From the NCBI GenBank assembly GCA_965247115.1, contig CBDFGR010000002.1:2153249-2217248 (forward strand): DNA of 64,000 bases, in the 5' to 3' direction. The position numbers and the translations under genes are program-made. Below are positions 48,491 through 58,954 of this stretch, in pieces. Numbering within the stretch: the first letter of the stretch is position 1; every line of letters starts with the position of its first letter. The notes beneath the pieces were generated by a model, which was not told the origin of the DNA, ran no database searches, and was given only the letters and a program-made list of their open reading frames with translations. The stretch comes from Myxococcota bacterium. GTDB lineage: Bacteria; Myxococcota_A; UBA9160; SZUA-336.

Positions 48491-48697
48491 TCAATCGGCT
48501 TCCCCCTCCGTGCGCCCTTCCATGAAACTCAGGCGGCTTTCGTGGTCTCCGACCTGGCCGTTCATCTTCTCCTGAGCGACGCGTAGCATTTCGACGCGCT
48601 CGAGGATCCGGCCCGTCCGCAAGAGGGTCACAGCGATGAGCGGAACCATCGCGACGGCAATTCCCGACGTCGTGAGCTGGATCCAAGTCTCCATCAT
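48491..48697 (-). CDS. Small TM plus coiled-coil protein, holin-like candidate
   Basis: One hydrophobic helix followed by HESRLSFMEG; first gene of the lysis block. Confidence 0.5.
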   Translation of the reverse strand: MMETWIQLTTSGIAVAMVPLIAVTLLRTGRILERVEMLRVAQEKMNGQVGDHESRLSFMEGRTEGEAD

Positions 48698-51267
48698 CGG
48701 CTCCCCGCCAACGAGGCCGCGGATTGCCGGAGGCGCTCCACAGCGGCAAAGCCGCGATTCCCGGCTTCCGCATCGATGTCCGTAGCGAAACCCGCGGCGG
48801 CCGCCCCAATGAGGCGGATGGAGCCGCCCTCGAAGGGTTCGAACCTGCCGGTACCGATGATCAGGCGTCGGGCCCAGGGACTTTGAAGGATCCGACCGAC
48901 TCCGAGTAGATGGACCAGGTCGACGATCCCCGTGAGCGAGAGCTGGGCGGCTTGGCTGATGATGCTGGCACCGCGGAGCGCGGTACCGGGGTCCTCGACC
49001 GAGATGTCCTGGATCACCGCGACGGCGCGCGCGTCCGAGAGAATCCGCTTGGTCTCCGGCTCGAGCATGTCGAGCAAGCCCTTCTCGTCAAAGGCCTCGA
49101 GCGTGTTTCGAAGCGCCCGCCCGCTTAGCTTCGTGATGTTGTCGTCGCCGACTACCGTCGACCTGCGAATAATGTCGTCTACGAGTGAGGATCGGACCGA
49201 GCGGCCGAAGGAGACGCTTGGGCTCCGGCCCACGAGCGCGCGCAGCGCTGCGATGTTGGCGGTGTCGTTCGTGTCGAAGACCTGCCGAATGAAGGCTCCG
49301 ACCTGAGACTGGCGCTGAAGAGCATCGGGGATGTTCGTCGAGAAGAGCTCGGTAAGCTGGTCGCCGGCGCGAAGAAGCGCCTCGCGACTGCGCTTCGGGA
49401 ACAGGATCCGCAGCGCCTGGTCGTCGAACTTCTCCATCGTCGCCCGGATCTTTCGGGGATCTCGCATGATCTTCCCGACCGCGGCGTTTCGGATCTCGTC
49501 AAACGCCGGCTTGCTCGTCGCTCTGCGTACCGCGATGAGGTTGTCGACCAGCGCGGGGTCCTGAGAATTCAGCAGCCGGTTGATGTAGGCGCTCGGCCTC
49601 TGCTCCTTGAAGCGGTTCACCATGTCGATCACGGCGGCCGCCTCGCGCGTCTCGAACCGCTCGCGCGCCATCTGACTTGCGCGGCGCCAACCGAACACGA
49701 ACTCCGAGTTGCGATTTGTCGGGTTGTCGAGCACCTGCTGGAGCGTGCGGCGCAGGTCGTCGGCAACGAAGTTGCTCTCCCGCATCCCCTCCGGACCGGG
49801 GAGGGCCTCGTCGCGCAGGTTCTTGATGATCTGCCGGACCCGGTCGGTGCGCGAGATCTCCTCGCCGCTCTCGCGGATTGCTGCGGGGAGCGAGGGATCG
49901 AGCTCGAGCAGGTCGTCGACTGCCTGGCGCACACCGGACGCCAGGCGATCGAGGCGCACCACGCCCTCCTCGGTCACCTCTTCGATGATGGGATACCCGG
50001 CAGCGTCGAGGATCCCGGTCTCCTGCACCACGGTTCGCGGGCGAGCGGGCGTGAAGACGCCCTCCCTCAGCCGACGCGCAGCATCGAGCGCGGGGTCGAG
50101 TACAAACTGCGGCTCCTCGATCGACCTCGCGACCGAGTAGGCCCCGTCGACGCGGCCGCCGGACCGTTGCCACCACGCTCGGAACTCCGGGTCGATCGCC
50201 TCCGCCGTCGCTCGCGGCGTCTTCCTGGAGAACTTCACCTCCGCCTCGACCAGGTCGAGGATCGCGCGGCGATCTGCAGCGAAGGCCTTCGACGACTCGA
50301 TGAGGAAGTTGCCCCGCGCGATCGGGTCTACTTCGATGCGCACGCGCTCGAGGAGCTCCTTGGACGCCTTGTCCTGCTGACGCTTCAGGAACGGAAGCAC
50401 GGATGCCGCCTGGCGCGACAGTCGCTGGATGAACGGAACATCGCTGAGTTGGGAGAGCTGGGGCTGTGTGACGCCGAGTCGCTCTGCAGCTTGGATCGCC
50501 TCTCTGGCACCCTCCCGGGTTCCCAGCATCCCGCCGCCGCGCAGCGCGACGTTGCCGGCCTTCACTACGCCGGCGCCGAGGGTGCCTCCGACGAACGACA
50601 TGCCGGCCTCGAAGACGGCCTGCTCTCCAATCTCGCGCGGTCCCTGGACGTTCGTTCTGGACGCTTCCTGGACGCCTTGCTGCCCGAGCTCGCCCAGTGC
50701 TGCGCCTGTCGCCAGTTTGAAGAGCGCCCGCATGCCAACCTTTACTGCTGGGCCTCCGCCAGGGAATCGGGCCGCGAGCGCGAGCGCCTCGCCGGCGACG
50801 ATGAAGGTCTCCCCGCCGAAGTCGCTGACATCGCGGCCGAGCTCCTTCGCGAACTCCGAGAAACCCTCTCCCAGCGATTCGAATAGGCCCGGATCGGCCT
50901 TGCGAAACTGTTCCCCGGGCGACTTGCGGAACAGCACGGTACCGGTGTCCGGGACTTCGAGCAGCTCCGCACCTGGCATGAAACGATCGACAACTAGCTG
51001 TCGCTCCTCGGACGTATCGCCGAGTACGGAGATCAGAAAGCGGCTCTTTGCATCCAGCGGCGGTCCTTTGATGGAGTCCTGGCCTACGAAGCGCGCGTCG
51101 AACTCGTCGTCAGTGATCTCGCGCCTGCGGCGATCGCGCATGGACAGCGCCAGCTCCGCGGGTGATTGCCCGACGGGACCACCGAGAACCGCGGATCCTC
51201 CCAGGAACGTCGTCGGGCTGAGGCGCCTTTGTTCTCTCATCTTCAGCGCGTCCTCGGCTGCACCCAT
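48694..51267 (-). CDS. Large internal virion / DNA ejection protein (putative)
   Basis: 857 aa, helical and Ala/Gly-rich; last of three such genes after the tail genes. Confidence 0.6.
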   Translation of the reverse strand: MGAAEDALKMREQRRLSPTTFLGGSAVLGGPVGQSPAELALSMRDRRRREITDDEFDARFVGQDSIKGPPLDAKSRFLISVLGDTSEERQLVVDRFMPGAELLEVPDTGTVLFRKSPGEQFRKADPGLFESLGEGFSEFAKELGRDVSDFGGETFIVAGEALALAARFPGGGPAVKVGMRALFKLATGAALGELGQQGVQEASRTNVQGPREIGEQAVFEAGMSFVGGTLGAGVVKAGNVALRGGGMLGTREGAREAIQAAERLGVTQPQLSQLSDVPFIQRLSRQAASVLPFLKRQQDKASKELLERVRIEVDPIARGNFLIESSKAFAADRRAILDLVEAEVKFSRKTPRATAEAIDPEFRAWWQRSGGRVDGAYSVARSIEEPQFVLDPALDAARRLREGVFTPARPRTVVQETGILDAAGYPIIEEVTEEGVVRLDRLASGVRQAVDDLLELDPSLPAAIRESGEEISRTDRVRQIIKNLRDEALPGPEGMRESNFVADDLRRTLQQVLDNPTNRNSEFVFGWRRASQMARERFETREAAAVIDMVNRFKEQRPSAYINRLLNSQDPALVDNLIAVRRATSKPAFDEIRNAAVGKIMRDPRKIRATMEKFDDQALRILFPKRSREALLRAGDQLTELFSTNIPDALQRQSQVGAFIRQVFDTNDTANIAALRALVGRSPSVSFGRSVRSSLVDDIIRRSTVVGDDNITKLSGRALRNTLEAFDEKGLLDMLEPETKRILSDARAVAVIQDISVEDPGTALRGASIISQAAQLSLTGIVDLVHLLGVGRILQSPWARRLIIGTGRFEPFEGGSIRLIGAAAAGFATDIDAEAGNRGFAAVERLRQSAASLAGSR

Positions 51268-52485
51268 CTACTTCCCGACGCCCCCGAGGGTCCGTAGAAG
51301 CCGGATCTGCTCTTCCATGATCTCCATCCCTTCCCAGATCCGGTACCCGCCCAGCCCGAGACGCTGGAGTTCAAACGATGTCTTCTTCACGCCGGCCTCG
51401 GTAGCGAGGTTGAAACCCGGAAGATCGATTCCAGCGACCAGCGCCTCGCGATGAGCGCGCAGAAAGCGCAGCAAGATCCCCTGCTCGATCGCGGCGCGGA
51501 CCTGCGCGAAGGATCCGGTGAGCACGTCGATTCGGGTGGCATCGCGCGCGATGTCGAGCTCTCGCTCAGTGACCCGGCCGCTCTTTTCGCCCGTGACGTC
51601 AGGAACAGAGCGCGCGACGAACGATTTTGCTTGCTGGCGGAAGGCGGTCACCTCTTCAGGCTCTGTGCCGCCGGCCGCGAACCGCGAGATCCTGCGCCCG
51701 AGACTTCCGCCAAAGAGATCGTCGAACTGCTGCAGGACGCCACCCACACTCTCGACGAACGCGCCCCGCACGCCTACGGCGCCGGGCCCGACACGGTCGA
51801 GCGATCGAAGCAGCGCCGTCGCCTGTGCGACATCCCCGAGACTTTGCCGCGCCGCCGCGCCCGACTTTCGGCGCTCCGGTCGTTCAGGCGCTCCGGTGAA
51901 TGCGCTCGGCGGACCCTGTGCTGTACTTGTAAGGAGCTGGCTTCCCTCCGGAACGGGCACGCGCTGGCCGTTGATCATCACCGTGCGACCGCCATCTAAG
52001 CTGATGCGCACGCCGACTCCCGGGATCGCGACGTTCTGGCCTTTGTCCAGGTCGGGCGATCCCAGCTCACTCGCGGTCTTGATATCCGAGGGAGCGACGC
52101 CCACGCGCGCCGCGATCTCCTCCGGGGACATGAGACCGGGCACGTCGACAGGGATGCGTCCCCCGTGTCCCGAAGCGATGACTTGGGCGACCGCCTCGCG
52201 GCGCCGCCGCTCGGACTGTGCTTCCGCGGCCGCCGCCTGGCGCTGCTGGAGGACGTCGAAGATCTGCGCCATACCGGTGTCCGGTGCCAACTGCTGGATG
52301 AACCGGAACCCGGTCTCGGGGTCGTCGCGCAGGACCTCCGCGAGCTGCGCGCCCGTCGGATCGTTCGGAGCGCCCGCGCTTTCCAAGATCTGCGCGGCGA
52401 GCTCCGCCTGGTCTCGGAGATTGCGACCGTCGACGATCCCTCGAAGAGCTCCGCCGATTGCTGAACCGAGTGCTTCGCCGCCCAT
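51268..52485 (-). CDS. Internal virion / ejection protein (putative)
   Basis: Position; GEALGSAIGGAL N-terminus. Confidence 0.55.
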   Translation of the reverse strand: MGGEALGSAIGGALRGIVDGRNLRDQAELAAQILESAGAPNDPTGAQLAEVLRDDPETGFRFIQQLAPDTGMAQIFDVLQQRQAAAAEAQSERRRREAVAQVIASGHGGRIPVDVPGLMSPEEIAARVGVAPSDIKTASELGSPDLDKGQNVAIPGVGVRISLDGGRTVMINGQRVPVPEGSQLLTSTAQGPPSAFTGAPERPERRKSGAAARQSLGDVAQATALLRSLDRVGPGAVGVRGAFVESVGGVLQQFDDLFGGSLGRRISRFAAGGTEPEEVTAFRQQAKSFVARSVPDVTGEKSGRVTERELDIARDATRIDVLTGSFAQVRAAIEQGILLRFLRAHREALVAGIDLPGFNLATEAGVKKTSFELQRLGLGGYRIWEGMEIMEEQIRLLRTLGGVGK

Positions 52486-53297
52486 TAGTTGAAGAATCCC
52501 CCCGCGGCTCCTCCGATCGAAGCTCCTGCTAGGGCTCCGGCCGGACCACCCAAGAAGGCGCCACCGATGCCTCCGGCGATGGTTCCCAGCGCACTGCCGA
52601 GACCCCCCCTATCCTTGCTCTGCACACCCGGAATGGGCGTGTTGAGGCTCACCGGCAAGAGTCCCAGCGCCGGATTGAAGACCGGCTGCGCCTCTAGGAA
52701 ACGCCGGAATGCGTCGGCCATCTGTTCTCCCTGGATCGCACGCTGCGTCTCGCCGGTCGTCGCGCGAACCGCGATGCCACTGAGCTCGTTCGCAAGGGAA
52801 CTCTGGATCGCGGGTCCGACGCGGTCGAGCGCGCGCTCGCGAGAGCCGATCTGCGCGAGCTGGAGTCCCGACCGCGCAGCCAGGAGCTGCTCGTTCACGT
52901 CCGATCCTGCGAGCGCGAGGGCCCGAGCGCGGACACCGGAGTTCGCGATCCCTCTGGCGGCAAACCGCTGATCGATGCCGGGGAGGATGTCCCGCTCGAA
53001 CTGCCTGAGCGTCGGCCGGGCGATGCCCGCCTGGAAGATCTCTTCCAACTCATCGGCACGGAATGCCGGATCCGCAGAGAGAAGACGCTCGAGCGCCGCC
53101 GTGCGTTCGCCACCGCTACCGAAGCTGCCCGCAAGTTCGAAGCCTTGCTGCTGCAGCTCGGAGGCCCCGGGGGCGAGGTCCCCGGTGAACTGCGGCCCGG
53201 GCTGGCCGATCTGGGGTCGAAGGAAGTCGTTGATCGACTTCGTGATCGCGAGTCGTTCTCCGATCAGCGCGGCCGCGCGGCGTCGTCCACCGGACAT
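52485..53297 (-). CDS. DNA pilot / ejection protein (putative)
   Basis: Gln/Ala-rich, with a Gly-rich hydrophobic end GGLGSALGTIAGGIGGAFLGGPAGA. Confidence 0.6.
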   Translation of the reverse strand: MSGGRRRAAALIGERLAITKSINDFLRPQIGQPGPQFTGDLAPGASELQQQGFELAGSFGSGGERTAALERLLSADPAFRADELEEIFQAGIARPTLRQFERDILPGIDQRFAARGIANSGVRARALALAGSDVNEQLLAARSGLQLAQIGSRERALDRVGPAIQSSLANELSGIAVRATTGETQRAIQGEQMADAFRRFLEAQPVFNPALGLLPVSLNTPIPGVQSKDRGGLGSALGTIAGGIGGAFLGGPAGALAGASIGGAAGGFFN

Positions 53298-53298
53298 C

Positions 53299-53655
53299 CT
53301 AGCCCCCCAATCCCGGAATCGGCCGCCGAGACACCGACCCGATGATCTGTTCCGCAACCCGGAGTTGTGGCGTCAGGAACCGCGCCGGCCCGACATTCCC
53401 CGCCGGCAGACCACGCGCGGACAGATCGAGCATCTCGAGAAGCCGGCGCCGCTCGGTCGCGCCCGCGAGACCTTTGAGTGCGCCCTTTATGATGTCTCGA
53501 GTCGTGACGCGCGCAGCATCGCTCGAATCACCTGTGTTGCCCGTAACGACGTCACCAAGCCCACGTAGCACACTGCCGAAGAGGCCGCCCTCGGCCTGGG
53601 GGTCGAGTCCGGGGACTGGAATTCCGGGAACTGGAATTGGTGTGCGGATAGCCAT
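53299..53655 (-). CDS. Hypothetical phage protein
   Basis: Fills the gap between coupled genes on the coding strand. Confidence 0.5.
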   Translation of the reverse strand: MAIRTPIPVPGIPVPGLDPQAEGGLFGSVLRGLGDVVTGNTGDSSDAARVTTRDIIKGALKGLAGATERRRLLEMLDLSARGLPAGNVGPARFLTPQLRVAEQIIGSVSRRPIPGLGG

Positions 53656-53667
53656 CTGGATGGTTCC

Positions 53668-53856
53668 CTAAGGCTCGAGGTCTTCCACTCGTCGCGTCAG
53701 ATAGTCGATCTCGCCTTTCAGCTCGTCGAACTCGTTCTCGATCGAATGCCGGAAGCGCCGGAGCATTCTGGCTAGCTCTTGGGTGTTGCGCTCGCGAATC
53801 GCCTTCTCTTGAAACTCGAGCTGCGTACGCGTCTGCTGTCGTGGCGGCTGGGTCAT
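53668..53856 (-). CDS. Small coiled-coil phage protein
   Basis: ATGA overlap with the tail gene; heptads LKGEIDYLTRRVEDLE. Confidence 0.55.
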   Translation of the reverse strand: MTQPPRQQTRTQLEFQEKAIRERNTQELARMLRRFRHSIENEFDELKGEIDYLTRRVEDLEP

Positions 53857-55853
53857 GTCCTGCGGAACCTCCCACTGACGTCGAACCACGGCACGACAGC
53901 GTCGATGGCGATGCGACTGTTCGACAGATTCTCGATCAGAATCTGGTGGAATGGCGCCTGGCGTCCAACCGGGATCCGTCGGATGACTTTCTCCTCGCCA
54001 GGGGCACCGGGCGTCAGGTCAATGGTCTCGATCAGGTAAGGCGCGGCAACGTACCCTCCGCTGATCTTGACAGTGAGCTGCACTCCCGGGTTCGCATCGG
54101 CAATGATGTCGAGCTTCCCGAGGCGCACTTTGCGCATCGCTCCCCTGCGCCCGTCCACGAGCGGATTTAGGCGCTGGGACAGCATCGTCAACTGGAAGAG
54201 CGACTCCTGCGGCTGCTCGTTTCCGTCGAGGGTGTGATCGAAGTACTGACCGCTCACGGGCTGATAGACTCGGCTCTCTCGATCGCCTGCCAGTGGAATC
54301 GGGAATCCCGCGCTCAGGCCTCCCTCGTCCCACGCGAACTCCGAGGTATCCCAAGTCCCGGGCACGGTATCCCAGGTGAGCTCTGTACCGGCGGACATCT
54401 CACCGAAGCAGTGCGCTGGGAACTCGTGAACGAAGCACGCCAGGGTCAGCGTGTTGATCGCGAGTATTTCCGTCGGGAACGATTGGCCACTGGCCGCGTA
54501 AGCGAGCCACGCCTCGTGCAGCGGCTCGAGTTCTGCGCCATACACGAATGTCGCAGCCTCGGGGTCCGCCTTCAGCACGAAGTCTGGGATCTCCCCTGCT
54601 TTGAAGGCCAGGGCCTCGTTTCCATCGCAGCGGAGAAGAGAGGTTCTACCCCAGATGATCGCCTCGTCGACGACCGACACTCCGCCGAACCGTGACAGCG
54701 AATCGCCTTCGCCGCGAAGTCGGCGGAACGAGAATGGCGCGAGCGGGTCGGGATCGCCGACGAGCTCGAAGACCTCCGCTTTCTTGTCGCAGAAGATGAT
54801 GCACTTGTCACCGATCAACCGTACGTGTTGGATGTGACTCTCGCTCGGCACGTCGGCGCTATCGAGCCCATCGAAAGTCTCGAGTTGGTCCACGCGTGGC
54901 CAGCGAACGCGACGCTGCTTGTCATTGCCGCCTTCCGTCGTGCGGAAATGGACGAGCCGCTGTTTGAACTGCAAGGTCGCGTATGCGCTGGCGATGTCCT
55001 TGTCCGTGCCCCCCGGTGTCGTCAGATCGGTCTTCTGCTCTCGGAGCCCGCCAACGGGATCCCACAGCATCGGCTTATCCTTGCGATTGTTCATCACCAG
55101 CACGTTCTGCATGACCGTGAAATCCATCAAGTGCTGCTCTAGCCCGCTCCAGGTGTCGGACCCCGTTACATCGGTCACGCCCGCCGCCGCTGGGTTCGTC
55201 TCGTCGAACCGCTCCTCGGCGCCGTTGAGCTTCCAGAGGCGCCGGGTGTCCAGCGCGACGACCTGTTTCGCCCCCGCTGCGTCGACGAACCCGTGGATAC
55301 CGACGACCGGGAGCTTGCGGTTGTACTCGTAGTCGATCTTGATGTCCGCGAGCGCGTCGAAGGATCCGACGGGAGACAGCGTGACGTACCACTCGCCGTT
55401 CGCGACGTTGATCTGCGCAGCGGAGATACTCGCGATCTGCGCCGCCACGCCTCCGTCCCACGACTCGAGGTTCCAGATCGTCCCGCTAGCGAAGACATCG
55501 ATGCGGAAGTAGTACGGTGGGATGTTGAGGTTGATGTTGTACAGCGACGGACTCGGCTCTTTCGGGAGGATCGGCTTGTTCGTGGTTTTGCTCGCGTTGC
55601 TTACCGTCGGAATCGAAGGCCAATTGCCGATCGTCGCCGGCGTCGGCCCGGCTCCGGTGTTTCCGAGGTCCTCCTGGGTGAGCTCCGTTCCCAGCGTCGC
55701 AAAGTGCTTGAAGCCTTGCCGCTTGAACGCGCGCCCTCGGAAGATCCGGACGTTCTTCAGCTCGCGCCATGCACTCTGCGGGGAGATCCATGGCTCCTTA
55801 CCTTCGTACGCGCCGAACTCGAGATCTGCGATGGGGAACGGTTCGTAATCCGC
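53853..55853 (-). pseudogene. Tail nozzle / stabilisation protein (P22 gp10 / T7 gp12-like position) that has lost its start codon
   Basis: The frame is open 135 codons upstream of 55448: ADYEPFPIADLEFGAYEGKEPWISPQSAWRELKNVRIFRGRAFKRQGF. There is no ATG/GTG/TTG back to the upstream stop. Confidence 0.65.
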
Positions 55854-56128
55854 GCGGAGTTCGTGCCCTGGACGACGATGTTGACGTCCCAGCCCGTCCC
55901 CCAGCCGGTGCCTCGAGTCATCGCCGGCGTAGCAGTGGAGGTGGATCCGATTTCGATGCTGTTCTGGATTATGACCTGGACGAGACCGTTCGTTACGTTA
56001 TTGGCAGGATCGAACGAGCCACCAGCGTTCTGCGCTTCCGTGAAGATGTTGTAATCGTTCACATCTGCGTTGATCGAGAGCTCGATCAGTGGTTCGCGGC
56101 CGAAGTGTGAGACCGGAAATGGGTACAT
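55844..56128 (-). pseudogene. Truncated tail-fibre/tip protein
   Basis: MYPFPVSHFG...DYNIFTEA...IGSTSTATPAM...NSARIT, then runs out of frame into the next gene. Confidence 0.55.
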
Positions 56129-56764
56129 CTAGCTGAAGTCCAGCTGGGCGACGCCGTAGAGATTGGTTCCGTCGCTCACGAAGGTGAGGATGCTGACGTC
56201 GTTCGCGCCCGCCGCGACGACGGGGACCGTGCCGCCCGGGAATTTATAGGTCGCGTGGTACGCGAGTGTGCGGCCGCCGGTCCCATCCTGCTTGACGATC
56301 AGGATGTAGGTCCCACCCGCGTGCTTGTTCGAGAGAGAGCCGAGCGTGCGGTTGCCGCTGAGCGTCACGATGGCGACTTGCTGCGTATCTCCATTCCACC
56401 TGATCGTCGCGGCGTTCGTCAGCGTGACCTGGTCGAAGCCCTTGTACCCCGTCATCTCGGTGACGACACCGACACCGATGCCGAGGCTCTGCCAGGCCGC
56501 GCCGTCGTAATATTGGAGCTGCTTGAGGTCGCTCCGGATGTAGAGGCGTCCGGCGAAGAGCTGGGCCCCGGGGAGTGCCGCCTGCGCCGCGGCATTGCCT
56601 GTAGCGAACTTGTGTAGGCCCGAAGTGCCAGTCGCGCCTCCAGTTCCGGGGAACGTGTGCTCGCGATTCAGCGCCTCCTCGAGGTGCGCGTTGTTCGCGC
56701 GAATATTGTCATCAGAGACTTTTAATGAGTCGCTTCCCGCTGGCTTGTTCTTGTCCCAGGCCAT
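56129..56764 (-). CDS. Tail fibre-related protein
   Basis: MAWDKNKPAGSD N-terminus; VTLSGNRTL...LIVKQDGTGGRTLAY...FPGGTVP beta-rich domain. Confidence 0.7.
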   Translation of the reverse strand: MAWDKNKPAGSDSLKVSDDNIRANNAHLEEALNREHTFPGTGGATGTSGLHKFATGNAAAQAALPGAQLFAGRLYIRSDLKQLQYYDGAAWQSLGIGVGVVTEMTGYKGFDQVTLTNAATIRWNGDTQQVAIVTLSGNRTLGSLSNKHAGGTYILIVKQDGTGGRTLAYHATYKFPGGTVPVVAAGANDVSILTFVSDGTNLYGVAQLDFS

Positions 56765-57438
56765 CAGAAATCCGCTCGGTTGGGCGCGGCCCGATGCGTC
56801 GCGCCCGACGTAGTCTGAAGATTGCGGAGCGTCGCTTCCCAGAGCGGAGTGAAGCGCTGCACGATCTCGTCGTCGCCCTCGAGGAGCGCGGTGAACAGGG
56901 TAGCTCCGGCCACCACGGCATCCTCGAGATCGAGAGCGATTGCGCTCACGTCGTTGTCGTCTGTAGGCGCCGGAGGATAGATGTTGCCGTAGAGCGTCAG
57001 CTTCCAGGGGCCCGCTGTGTCATCAAGGATCGGACGGAACTGCACCGTCTTGCCGCGCACGAGCACGCGGTCGGGCGTGCCCTTCGAGAGATCCTCGAAA
57101 CCGAGGCCGCGCCAGAAGTCGTCTGACGAGCTGTACCAGCGCGGGCGTACGTCCGTACCCGCGGCGTTCACGAGGATGAGTGGCAAGTGCAGGCTGTGCG
57201 CGTCCGCGGGCCAGTCGTAGATGCCGGTGGCGTCCCCCGAGATCGGGTTGGCGGTGTCCGCGATGGTGAGTTTGTTCGAGCCCTTGCGGAGGTGAGAGTT
57301 GACGAACTGCGGGATGCGCACTCGGAGGGTGCGAACTAGCTGCCTCCGGACGCGCACTCCGATCGTGCTCGTCGGCATCTCGCCCACGTACCCGAGGTTC
57401 TCGAGCCCCTCTCTGAGCAGGTCATTGACGCTCGGCAC
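56764..57438 (-). CDS. Head-tail adaptor / tail tubular protein A-like
   Basis: Size, position, and YDWPAD...GTPDR...FRPILD pattern. Confidence 0.6.
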   Translation of the reverse strand: MPSVNDLLREGLENLGYVGEMPTSTIGVRVRRQLVRTLRVRIPQFVNSHLRKGSNKLTIADTANPISGDATGIYDWPADAHSLHLPLILVNAAGTDVRPRWYSSSDDFWRGLGFEDLSKGTPDRVLVRGKTVQFRPILDDTAGPWKLTLYGNIYPPAPTDDNDVSAIALDLEDAVVAGATLFTALLEGDDEIVQRFTPLWEATLRNLQTTSGATHRAAPNRADF

Positions 57439-57456
57439 GTCACCCCCGTCGAAATC

Positions 57457-57852
57457 CTACTGCGGCTCAGGACCTGGACGTGTCGCCATCACCATGACGT
57501 TGAACACGCCGTCGCCATCCGCCGCCAAGGAAACCTCGAGCTGCAGCAGCGTGTCGGCCGCAAGCGGCGCGTTCAGCGTCTGCGACTTGGTCATCGAAGT
57601 CAGACCCAAAGCGTCCGCGGCGCTGCTCACGTAGATCGTCGCACCGCCGATGATGCGGATGAGCGGGTTCACGGCCCCGGTATCCGTGTCGGCCGTGGTA
57701 ACGGCGATCCAGCAGTCGAGAATCACCGACCCCTTGGGAAGATCCCAGAGGTCGTCCTTCTCGAGGGCGACGTTGAGGCCCGTAACGCCCGGCTTCCAGA
57801 AGGTGGATACCAGGCCCGAGTGGACCGCCAAGCTCCGCATGCCTCTACTCAT
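57457..57852 (-). CDS. Capsid decoration/cement protein (putative)
   Basis: Directly after the major capsid gene; LPKGSVILD beta-rich sequence; AAGGA RBS. Confidence 0.55.
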   Translation of the reverse strand: MSRGMRSLAVHSGLVSTFWKPGVTGLNVALEKDDLWDLPKGSVILDCWIAVTTADTDTGAVNPLIRIIGGATIYVSSAADALGLTSMTKSQTLNAPLAADTLLQLEVSLAADGDGVFNVMVMATRPGPEPQ

Positions 57853-57877
57853 CTCATGCTTCCTTTCAAGAGACGGC

Positions 57878-58933
57878 CTACGCGGACGGCCCGTCCTTGG
57901 TGTCGATGCGGATCGTGGCGAAGTCCGCAGCTCCACCGCCGGTGTTGAACTGCGGCTTGCTCATCCCGACGACGATCCCGGCCGCGACGCCTTGCTCGTT
58001 GCCGTAGTCGTCGAGAGACTCCGCCCAGTTGAGGAATGTCCCCCCACCGAAGGCCTGGCGCCGGACGCGCGGTAGCGCGTTGCCGAAGGCCACAACCATC
58101 GACTGCGCACCCATGAGGAGCGCGTGCGAGCGATTCCCGGCGTCACCGATCGCGATCACCAGTCTCGGCAGGTAGTCGCTCGAGTGGATGATCACGTCGT
58201 TGTAGATGCCGAGCGCGCCGGTGAAGAGTGGATTTCGGCTCCCGCGAGGACTCGAGTCCCGGTGAAGTTGCTGCCACTCGGTGGTCCGCTTGAGCGCGGT
58301 CTCCTGGAACGGCGTGAGGTACATGACGTACATCTGCCGCCCCTCGACCATTGCAGGTCGGATCGTCGGCACGGCCGTCCGCGCCTTCTCCTTCGCGAAA
58401 TCGATGTACTCGAGCGTGAACGTCGCCGTCGTCGCATCGATCTTGTGCTCCGCGTCCGGAGCGCGCAGCGCGTTACCTGCGAAAGGGAGGGCGGTCGAGA
58501 GAGTGCCGTACGCGATTCCGCACGCATAGGCGAACAGGAACTCGTCCAGGATCACCGCCCAGCGGTTGCGCAGGTTGCGCCGCGCATCCTCGCGCAGGTC
58601 GTGGACCGTGCGCTGCTGCGACATGCCCTTGAACTCGTGCGCGAGCCGCTTCTGGTCGATCAGCAGGCTGTCCTGGTAGTACCGGAGAGCCTCGCCCTTC
58701 CCCTTCAGGCGCTCGTCGCCGTCGACGCCGTAGCCCTGAAACTGTACGAGCAGATCGAACTTGACCTGGTCGCCCGCCCCTCGCTGCAGCTCGTCGAGCC
58801 GCTGCACGATGGCGGTGTCCGTCGTTCCCATGAGCTGTCGAAACCGAGTCTGGAGGATCGCCTCGATGAAGGTGACCCGACTCCAGACCTTTACCGTCTG
58901 GGGATCGTTCGTCCCGAATTCGGTGAAGGCCAA
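57878..58933 (-). CDS. Major capsid protein, N4-gp56/DUF4043 family
   Basis: FGTNDPQTVKVWS, AGDQVKFDL, MSQQRTVHDLR, NPLFTGALGIYN and W.ESLDDYGNE motifs; TTG start 7 nt after GGAGG. Confidence 0.88.
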   Translation of the reverse strand: MAFTEFGTNDPQTVKVWSRVTFIEAILQTRFRQLMGTTDTAIVQRLDELQRGAGDQVKFDLLVQFQGYGVDGDERLKGKGEALRYYQDSLLIDQKRLAHEFKGMSQQRTVHDLREDARRNLRNRWAVILDEFLFAYACGIAYGTLSTALPFAGNALRAPDAEHKIDATTATFTLEYIDFAKEKARTAVPTIRPAMVEGRQMYVMYLTPFQETALKRTTEWQQLHRDSSPRGSRNPLFTGALGIYNDVIIHSSDYLPRLVIAIGDAGNRSHALLMGAQSMVVAFGNALPRVRRQAFGGGTFLNWAESLDDYGNEQGVAAGIVVGMSKPQFNTGGGAADFATIRIDTKDGPSA

Positions 58934-58954
58934 AACCAACCCTCCTGGTGGAAG

